A stretch of 64,000 nt of DNA from Raillietiella orientalis (taxonomy: Eukaryota), in assembly GCA_036172245.1 (NCBI GenBank), contig JAYWIR010000026.1, positions 1,054,001 to 1,118,000 of the forward strand, written 5' to 3'. Of this stretch, positions 53,991 to 64,000 are shown one piece after another. The translations under genes and the position numbers were made by a program. Positions within the stretch are counted from its first letter, which is position 1. Every line of letters begins with the position of its first letter. The notes beneath the pieces are model-generated. The model saw only the letters and a program-made list of their open reading frames with translations, was not told the origin of the DNA and did not search any database.

Positions 53991-56900
53991 TTCACTACTG
54001 CGTCCAGTGTTTTTCCTGCTGAAATCTTGGCGTCGATAATACCGAGATTTCCGACTCGTAATGCGTGCGAATCAGGTGAGGCACAAGTGCTGCGTCCTTG
54101 CATAGCTACTTGACATATCCCACACCATATCCCACGGGCAAGATGGCGATGTCTTCCTTCCACACGCCTACACGGGTAAGTTGATTATAGAACTGATCCC
54201 CGTCGCTAACAGGAAGAATGTGACACAACTATTAGCAATGTGCGGCTTATGGCGTTGGGCCACGTATGGCCGAACGTTGCGGGGCTAGGAAGGGTCCCAG
54301 AGTAGATCGTAAGCATGGAACAGACTTAACGCTGTTTCCAGATGGTCATAAATTTTCTTTTTTCGCTCATCTGAAGTCGCAGATGGAAAAGAGCGAATAA
54401 TCATAGCGTGAATCTTCGAAGAATTATGGATTCAGACGGTTAACGCATTTTTCGTTGAGGAACAAGGAGACCCTAACAGTTGCTCACGTCGAAAGCGTTC
54501 GGAGATCATTGACCAACTTCGGATGGCAATCTCCGAACACCGACAATTCGGCAAACTCCGACACGACTGTCGGATGCGTGAGGATCCAAGATTTAAACTT
54601 GGAGAAGACAAATCTCCTCAAAAAACGCTCAGAAAGGAAAGTAATGTGGAGGTGGCCTGAAAGTGCGCCTTCTACCGAAATGAAAAGATGACTGCATCCT
54701 GCATAACGGACGACTATAATGAGGTAATGACTTCTCAACTGATCAACCAGGTCGTGGAGCATTCTTAATTAAAGCAACTGAAGCAGAAACCATGCGCAAA
54801 TGGCAACGGTTGTCCTGATCGCAGGGACGGCAGTGGAGCCGGAAGACTAAACCGCCTGAGTATGCCACCTGATCCACAATAGCATGACAACGAGATACGC
54901 ATTGAAAGTACATTTTCGTGCCCGTGCCCTTCAACTCGACATGCCTGTGCAAAGGAATCCAAAAAAGGTTCTTAAGAACAAGACGCAGTGGACCAATGTG
55001 GATGTGAAAGAAGGACAAACGCCTGGTGTGCGTACCTCAAAGCTCACTTTGAGCAGACTCCATCATGGGCATGAATTTCCGCAACAATTGACCATTAGAT
55101 ATTTCAGATTCAAATGTGTCAACGAAAAGGGAATGCCAAAGAACATAAGGCTACCCCAATACCAACTCCACCTAAAATACCAGCATGCCGTTTGGCAAAA
55201 TACATGGTGGCAGGTAAACAGCCAATGTGATTAGCAGTAGTGCAATCTTGGGGGTAGCGATTACAATTAGTTAATATGCCATCTGCTTTATGTTTGCAGC
55301 AACTACAGCAAATATAAAGCAGAAGATTGGAAAAAAAAATTTTTCTAGTGCTTTGAAGTATGTATATTCGGTTGTTCCAGACCAATCATTGTAACCGAAT
55401 TCTCTTTTAACTCCAGAGCACTGAAATCAAACTTTGGATGGTATCCCAGGAATCTGTAACTCTTGGATGAGCTGGTCCATTAAACATTGTGCTTCCATAC
55501 ATTTCATATTGGAGACTCTCTTCCAGTTTGATAGTATGCTAAGTTATTCATTATAATGCAACAAAGCAGTATAATGAACAGAAGAAGTAAGAACAGAGCA
55601 AATGTTAATAGTAGGCATTTTATACTTCTTGGATGGTATACGCACATCCCAAAAAGGACAGCAGAATCACTAGAGTCCCTGTTCCAATGAGAATGTATGG
55701 ATATATTCAAATACAGATTATTGCCTAGAACATTGGTTTTGAATGTTTTGTGGTAGAAGTTGGCTTATGGACGCTGGTAGACAAGAATACTTGTAACCAA
55801 AATCAGATTGGCCAAAAAAGACTGTACTTCATGCATTTGCCACATCCTTCCATTATTATACCTTAGAGCAATGTAAACTGAACTCAAACCAACGAAAATG
55901 TGGAGATATTCCTGGTGTCTATTGATACGGTGCTCTCACTTCCCAGATGATAGGTGCAAAGGCATTATGTGACATTATATGTTGCTACATAATGCAACAT
56001 ATAATGCCTTCGTAGACATGCGTCGATTTAAGGCTAAGTTCAAGTCGTTCCAGTCGCTCACCATCAAATGAAGAACTCGGGAACATAACCCCAGCAAGAG
56101 GGGCTTTGCTTCGGTTTCCCTAAGTCATACCACTTCCCTTTTGTTATGGATTTCCGTTTTACGAGCAGCCTATACATATGGAGGACGAGACTCGGACATG
56201 CAATATTGCTCATTCACAGGGAACGCGGTAGGAACGGTTTGCAAAATGGGATGCCGAATACGCAGGAATTTGTCCAAAGAGTATTTGGTTCACACTCGAC
56301 CACCATCTCATGTAGCCTTGGGCTACGTATGCTCGAAGTTTCCCGAAGTTCAACGATGTAGCAGGTATTGCGTGCAAGAGCTTGGATGTGGGAATCCCAA
56401 ATGGTATACGATACGACACGAGACGCCATTCCTCAACCATTGGAGACAGAAATTGCAATTCCCAGAAACCAACGATACTGAGTCATGTCTGCAGCAGGCT
56501 TTGAGTGCCGTTGGTAAAAAAAGCATAAGGTTTAGATCGGAAGAGTGGTGTGAAGAAAGGGCGGGGGAGAATGGAGCTTCATCGATTCCGAGAAGGTTCA
56601 AGATAATAAGATGACGTGCTGTCAATGGAAGCAACATTTATTTGGACCTTTGCCAAAGGTGAAGGAAGCCACAATCATCTTTGCTGCTTCACGCATGCTC
56701 CACGAGGAGGAAATCATATCCTCTCGGGAACTATGAATCTGAGAAGCACAGACCGATAAATAAAGCCTTGGAATGTAGTGGAGTCCATGAGAGATATAGC
56801 AGATGCATGCCGCACACCTTTCCTCGAATGGCCACCCGGACATATTGCCAAATTTTAGTAGCAAAGAAACTGCAATTTCCTCTAATCCAAATACCACAGA

Positions 56901-58017
56901 CGAAACAATGTTAATCCAGGTACGCAAAAAAAAGGAATATTCTGGCAGCCATTCGATGGAAGTGAGAAACAAACAACCCTTGAAACGCGATCAACGTTGC
57001 CAGTACCAGGCAGGACATGCAATCCATGCGAATGGCAGATGTATTCGCATGGATTCGAAATTCGAGAAACTACTCTCATGCACAGTGTTAGGAATTGTCA
57101 GACTTTTCATATCTTTGAACACACACATTGAGACGTTTTCATCGTGAAGAAGAGAGCTAGAAAACGGTCTTCATAGGTTAAGAGAAGCTCTGTCAATGCT
57201 CGGCAACGTATGCCGACTTAATGATGCTATGCATCACAGATTTGCGTCTCTGGAAGCTCGATTCAACTTTTGAAGCAGCATCCTTATGTCACATGGAGAA
57301 GTGCGGATATACTCCTCGAGATGCAAAGTCTCTGGGGGTGAATTCGAAAAGGTGGGAAAGTTTATCTCCTTTTTCGAAAAAGGAACAGAGGTTGTAAGTT
57401 ATGCAGACATAGGATGCTGCCCGCTTGCACTTCGTGATTCTGAGACGGTTCGCGTCACTTAAAAAGAAAGAGATGTGCCAATTGAACGAGAGACCAAGGA
57501 CTCAGACGCTGCCAATGTCTGGCAAACCACACTCAGTGCAATTTAATTCTAGCTAAAGATAGTCCACCCGGTCGGTCATTTGTGGTTTCCGGCTAGCGGA
57601 AAATAACATCAGCCTAGATAGCAGTGTTCATGTCCAACGGTGGAGGCTGTCCTATACTTCCACGGATTCCCCATTGATAACTGCCTCAGGGAAACTCGAA
57701 TACACCAGCTGAAAAGGATGAGAACCAGGCGAATCAGTCATTCTCTCACCAGAGCAATAAGGAACAGAAACCGATCTACCTCAGTGCCTCCTGCGAGCTT
57801 GTTTGCTCAAGCAATCACAAGAAATATTAAGTTTTCTGTCTCCTAGAGGACTCCTGCACGAGTCATTTCACTGCAAGGAGGATTAGTTGTCTCCTATGAC
57901 CTCCATTATACCAACCGCGTTCGTGAGACCTCAGATCTCCTAAGTTCCTCATACCTAAGCACTAAAACGAATGAAGGAAAAACGAAAAAACCTCCGACGT
58001 CTACTGCTACTTGAATC

Positions 58018-58076
58018 TGCGTATCCATGCCGGGATGAGAGATTGAAACAATCTCTCATCCCGGCATGGATACGCA
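58018..58076. repeat. Perfect inverted repeat, 28-bp arms with a 3-nt loop
   Basis: TGCGTATCCATGCCGGGATGAGAGATTG-AAA-CAATCTCTCATCCCGGCATGGATACGCA. Confidence 0.95.
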
Positions 58077-58379
58077 TGACAACGGTATCTTCGTGAGCGT
58101 GGAGGTTTCGTTTCTGCGGTGCTATGCTCTATACCCTCTGGTCACGTAAGTAGTAATCAAAAAAGGGCTAAGGATACGACCTGAGGTGACATGCAAAATG
58201 ACGCCATTGTGGAAACAATCTGTGGACTTCCGTTGCCCTCTGCATTGCTGTTGACCAATGCTGAAGGTGCTAAAGGTGAATAAAACTCCGGAGGCCTAAT
58301 AAAACGGAGGTCCAGAGTGTCGCTTAGGCAACGCATCTAATCCGCATTGAGATAGATTTCAATGCAGACTTCGCATGTG

Positions 58380-61300
58380 GCCATAGGCGAGTTTTTCCGG
58401 TGAAACATGGCCTTCCCATACAAGCCCCGTGCACCTATCGGAAAAACCTCTGGTGGTGCTGACAGAAATTCGCCACCACCGATCCCCCAACGAAGGACGA
58501 TGATCGAATGTTAGCAGGCGGAAGCACGAGGAGAGCGAAAAAGCATCAGCACATGCCACCCGCGTTAATGAATGGCATAAACTTCAGCATTGCGCGACAG
58601 GGGGTTCTAAAAATTCTGGCTGAAGACTGTAGAACCTTTGCCAAAATGCCATCCGCTTTTGCATAGTTGCATCTCTTCCAGCTCATGCGGAGAGGCAAGA
58701 AAGCATCCATGAGAAAGCGACAGCTGCTGTCCGCCGAAAACACCACACTCTCACTGGTAAAGGAGGGAGGGTGACTATGCTGTGACGCGTGCATGTCTCA
58801 TTTAAAGTGGCAACCTCTAAATGGAACAAAGGCCAGAGAATGGAGGCGCGAATATTGGTGATATTGGTGCGACAACATCCATTTCCGATTCCTCTTCACA
58901 ACGATCGGATGCAGCAACACCCAACGAACAGAACGAGGAATACCTACTTTGCGACACAAAGGAAGGAACGGCTCCTTACAAATGGCACGCGACGGCGACC
59001 TCGGTTCCCAGTACCAAAACGCTTGTAATCTACGAAGTAGAAAAAATGCTTGGCGCGCCTTCCGAGGGTGCACATCGCTCTGCTCGATCATCCTGGGATT
59101 TGCATCCGCGACGCGGAAACTCAAACCTTCTAACCAGGATCGAGCCTTCCCCAGCTAGGAGCTCCCTCGTGCAGCAGCGCGCAGCCATGCGCTTACCTCT
59201 CGGCATTCAGTTGGCGAGACGTCCGTTATCCCAGGTGGCACAACTGCCTTTTCCTCTTTCCACTCTGCCCGTGTACGGGGGCCTCACTAGCGCTGCGGCA
59301 CTCTGCACAGAAGACATCCCTATTGAGGGCGCAGCATCCGCGATGCCGAAGAACCACCAGTCGCTTCCAGACTGCGCCGACAGCGATTTGCCACCTCTTT
59401 TATCCGTGGAGGGCACCCTACTTGCTGCCAGTGCTGCCAAAGGTTCCGACTTCCTGCGGGTGCCGATTGCTTGCACCGCCCGAGGGTACGCAGCACCCTC
59501 GGCATTGTCGCACCGATGTGGCGATGTTCAAACCCGCTGACTCACAGCACCCGCACAAGGAGGCTTTGCACGCTGTTCGGGTTGCTGCATTTGATGAAAG
59601 GACCAGGAGGAGGTCGCAACGAGTCGCGAGACCACATCAAGCCAGGGTTCCTTGACGCCCTGCCTTCCCCGTAGAGGGTGTGTTGGAAGTTGCCTTTGCG
59701 AGCCTGGCAGAGCGCTTCCGGAATCCTGGATGGTGGATCGCAGCGTCATCTTCGCGCTTCCAGCCTCTTTCGGAGTAGCTTCTGGCCCCAGCGTGCGGTT
59801 GCCATTGCTACGGCAGGCTGCGGATATTCCCGGAACAGTCGCCTTTGACACCGAAGCGGAAGAAACTAAAGAGAAACATTTCCTTTTCCCTTGAATCGAA
59901 GTAACAGGAAAGGGGAAGCGGGCGTCGCAATTGCGAAAGACGCGGATCTTGCCAGCGTGTGCGCAGCGCCTTGGCTGTTAAAGAGCTGTTGCAGAAGGCG
60001 TATCCGGAGTTCGGAATTCAAGTCGCCCAGCTTTGGTGGGAGGAAATGCTGGAAGTGCCGTGAAGAGTCTGTAAATCCAGGAGCCAAGAAACGTCTCGCT
60101 TTAAGGTTGGCACCGGTGGACGAATCCCCGATATCCCTGTAGGAACTGTCTGGTGATGTCGGTTCGTTGGCGCGTTGGCAAGGTGATTGCGCCACGCTCG
60201 CGGCAGTTGCAGCTGTCGCCGTGTGCGGGTCCAGTTGGGCTGCATTCCAAAGACCTTCAGCAGGGATGCATTTCTTGATATGCAAATCTGCATACTGATT
60301 AATGTATTGGTTGAGATGTATTGTAAGGCTTATACGTAATGGGTATGTATGCTCACGATGTATATTAATATACGTGAATACACGTAACAGATAAATATGA
60401 TGGGAATATATAATTACCGAATTACTATGAAATTTTTCATCGCTGCTTACAATACCGGAAATAGAATTTGCCATTTTCTGAGAGTGCCTTTTACTGAGTG
60501 TTGAAAGGAGAAATTAAACACGAACACAAAATTCCCTTACATCCATCTATTGCTTTGTTTCTTTTTTATTCCTTTTCACTGTTTTGGATGGTCTCCTGTA
60601 TTTGGTTGTTGTTAAAATAAGATATTTACACTCCATACATTTTCATTGATTATATGAAAGCGCATTAATGTACTTCAGCAAAAACGTTCATCTTGATTTT
60701 TTTAGAATCATTGCTAGACATATTAATAAATATTGCGCATTGGCTTGATAAACGTAAATGTTCACATGTATTTTGAAAATATACAAATCAATTCATATGT
60801 TAATTTATATACAAACATGAGCATAAATATACATGATTAACATACTATTTGAGTATTTACAATGTTCTGTTGTTCATTTATATGTGATTTATGCACGAAT
60901 AGATCATAAACATTTTATTGATTTCGCTTCCAACATGTCCTCCAATAAATATTTAGAAGTATGTATGCCAAAAGAAATCTGTATATTGGCCTACTCACCA
61001 TATGCGAGTTCATATACAATATTAGCGCATCTACCTCCGTAATGTATATTGATTCATGCAGCAATCCATATACTGATCAACGTCAGGGACATGGTTCAGG
61101 GTCTTTCCGGAACAGTCATTCCATCTTGCTCACACGCTTCAATCTGCATTCGGCAATCCCAAGTCACCATCACCGTCATTTATTCAAATTTGGAACGCAA
61201 TTTTGCATGGTTGAAAATTTCACTGATTGCTGCTGCATTGGTCCTGCAGAATCCCGAATCATTAATTCCAACTCCGATCCACTCTTATGTATTGCAGCGT

Positions 61301-62150
61301 GCAACAAGGTCAAGTAGATCGTATATTCAAGCTCGCAGCGCATTCTCTCAATGTGGACGCCGCCCTCATGTCCTTTCCATCCCTTCATCCGAGCGCACAA
61401 CAAACTTCCCCGTCCAGGGTATCTTCCTCTTTGATCTCCGGTATGATAGCAACGCACCTTCGACCACACTTCCGGTAGAAACATTTTTGGGGTTCCACCG
61501 ATTCCTGAGCATCGACATGTGGAAAATGAGCTCGTAGAAGGTCCACCACTGGAATAGCGGTGGACGTGAATCGAAAGCTCTGGCCTGCTCTCAGGCTGCA
61601 TGAAGACCTCAGCTGCTCGATTCTGACCTCCGAAGGAAACGCATAGGCCAAGCGCGCGAAGACGCGCGCCTCATAGAGAACCGCGGACGGCAGGGAGGCG
61701 CCGCTTTTAGCGGACGAGGCAGCACCGGCAACACTCTGAGAGGGCGATTGCGCACCGGAAGTAAGTCGAGCGTGGGAGGCTGCTATGATGAGCTTCATAA
61801 GGATGTTGGCGTGGATCACTGCTGCTTCAGGTGAATGTGAGACCTCAAAAATTGCTGGCAGCTGAAGAGACAATGCAGCAAGGCGCTTCGAGTTCTTGGT
61901 TTCAAAGGTCTCCTGACGTTTTCATGTTCAAGAGGCACTGCAGAGGACAACCTATTGAGCTCCTGCAACATGCCCTCCCATTTGCGTAGACGGGAGAAGC
62001 GTGCGATGCGTGCGTCTGTGTGGAGAGCGCATTGGTCGGTAAGACTACGAGATCGTCTTTTTTCCAGTTTGGATTGCTGCTTGACCGCGCTGCGTTGGAA
62101 GCCGCAAGCGGCAGCAGGCGTACTTCGTAACCTTCAGAGACCATCGTGAC
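58380..62150 (-). other. Possible host multi-exon gene or pseudogene of unknown product, interrupted by an AT-rich block at about 60290-61050
   Basis: Protein-like minus-strand frames at 58546-58794, 59528-59851, 59866-60250, 61385-61873 and 61902-62144. No recognised domain; splice sites not established. Confidence 0.25.
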
Positions 62151-62999
62151 TCATACCAGCAACGTCTTCAGGGACAGAAGCATCGGATGTACTTGACTTC
62201 CACCAGGATGACCGTGGAAATGGAAGAGCTGAGAGCAATATACAAAAACAAAATGTGTCCGCGCGAGGGAGCTCCAAACCGTTTCAATAACGCCGTGACG
62301 TCATCGCCAATCTGCGACCTGAGGATCGTGAGGGTGCATCTCCATCACCCGAAAATGCACGTTCGCTGGGTGTGGATAGAGATAAGGACGACAGCACGCC
62401 CTCCTGATTCCAAATGCTGCTCACCTTTACCACATCGCACTGGAACGCCACAAGGACGCATTTTCCGAGCGCTCTATTGAAAATTCATGCCAACTTAAGT
62501 GGTTGTGGATTTCTGCGGTCGTTGGTAGGGCAAGCAAAAAATGCCTGCGACTATACCGAATCATTGATGAACAGCATCGCCTTCTGCTCAAGGAAGATTT
62601 GGCTGCTACCTCTACAGCGGCAGTTATTGCTGAAGAGAGCACGTACCCGTATAAGAGGAATAACCTTAGTCTCGTCCACAAGCTGCGTCCTGTCGAGACG
62701 GCGGGATCCCTTTGAAGGTGCTCGACTTACTAAGCATTATAAAGGAAGAGCTGAAAAGACACCCCATCCGCAGAAGGGGATAGTTCGGAGAGCTGAGCTG
62801 GAACGTTACGGATCCTCATCGCAGTTCAGCATCCTCTCTCCACGCGAGTGTACTGTCAGAGGTTGACTTCGTGCAGGGCTTTCGCTCAAGGGTCTCGCAA
62901 GCGTCAGGCGAAGAGGAGCACAGAAGCCTCGAGCAGTCACTCATGATGGCGATCATCTCTGAAAGGAAGATGTAAGTCTAAGCTCTCTCGTCTCGATGG

Positions 63000-64000
63000 A
63001 AATTGACCGTTGCCACATCACCTACTGGCAGGCCTTCACATTGGTGAATGTCGACGCGAAGTTGCTCCCAAAGTTTGGAGGCAGCGTTTGAGACAGGTAG
63101 CAGAATCCGTGATCAGTCTAAAGCAGAATCCCATTGTTTTCTGACCAGCAATGACTGGCCATCCTGTTCTTGGAAGCACATGGCGGCAGTTGCTACAGCG
63201 CGTCGTACGGACGGATCAAGAAAATCCTGCACTTTTCTTTGACCAGGAAGCGTAACGCTAGCAAGGAGCGCATGCGTCGCGAGTCCTTACGCATGCGGTG
63301 GATCTGCGGAATGCCATCGATTGCGTCGACCAGGAACTTCGTTTGAAGCACCTGGAACGCATGGGTTCCCCGACTTGCGCTATTGCTGGCTTCACAGGCT
63401 CAGCAACATTTGTTTCAGAGACCGGCACCTGTATGGAATGCCGTGGCATAACGCTAGGTATCGGCTTGAGCTCCCTGCTCTCCATTATTTATTTCGAGTC
63501 GGTGCTGAAACCATGCAGAACGACTGGCAACCCTGCCGAGGTCGTTCCCAGACACGTCTGCCGTGTCGGCTTATGCGCACGATATTCCCCTGCTTCACAT
63601 GACTACCCTGGCGTCATGTTCACTCGAGGATTTCTTCGAATTACAAAGCCAGAGGGCTGTACTGGAATTTACCCTTGTGCACTGGGGAATTTATTTCATC
63701 AAAACAAACATTTACTTGTTTTGTGATATGATTCGTGCTCGGTCGTATGTCCTGAAACCGAGGGAAAAAAGTGGCCAGCATGGAAAGGACTCTCTCTGAT
63801 GGGTATCGATCTTCTTGAAGGCTTTCTCAAGATGGCCCCATACGAGTAACTTGCCAGCATCCTGATCAGGATGCAGAGGTCGTCTTTCGGCGCAATGCAA
63901 TCCCTGCCTCGTCCTACTTTTCCAGAAAAACTTTTTCTCTTCTCTTTTTGTTTTCTTTGTTGGCTTTTGTTTACTTTCATTATTTTCATAACAAATGCTC
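63000..64000 (+). pseudogene. Heavily decayed LINE RT / 3' relic
   Basis: WQAFTLVNVDAK, AVDLRNAIDCVDQEL, LSSLLSIIYFE, AYAHD, and a U-rich tract at the end. Confidence 0.75.

Noticed and set aside
51350..57300. Possible decayed DNA transposase or host gene
   Set aside because: Only short broken frames; no motif, terminal repeat or splice structure that I can support.

Overview
Eukaryotic genomic window. Bases 1 to about 51,100 are an almost gap-free, GC-rich mosaic of more than 20 full-length, truncated and nested non-LTR retrotransposons of L1/Tx1-type architecture: gag-like ORF1 with CCHC knuckles, and ORF2 with an AP endonuclease (EN), a reverse transcriptase (RT, YADD) and a C-terminal Cys/His finger. 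They fall into about 8 lineages that I label A-H (working names assigned by eye). The junctions show that the elements insert into one another by lineage-specific rules. Family A inserts in sense at the codons of the EN catalytic motif GDFN of families B and C (3 events, 9-10 bp TSD AYTTCAATC), while its own GDFN codons differ from that target. Family B inserts antisense into the 5' part of ORF2 of relatives and reuses the same sites; one site is used recursively (B into B into B). Family D lands antisense at a CYTGCMGAGTCG motif in ORF1 of relatives. The elements lack poly(A) tails and end in AATAAA + a GC hairpin + about 4 nt. B and G share a covarying CTGCGT-loop 3'UTR hairpin, and most families share a 5' GGACGTGTTTT motif. 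Beyond about 51.1 kb the DNA is more AT-rich and mostly unrecognised, with decayed LINE relics, a perfect 28-bp-arm palindrome and possible host exons or pseudo-exons that I cannot identify.
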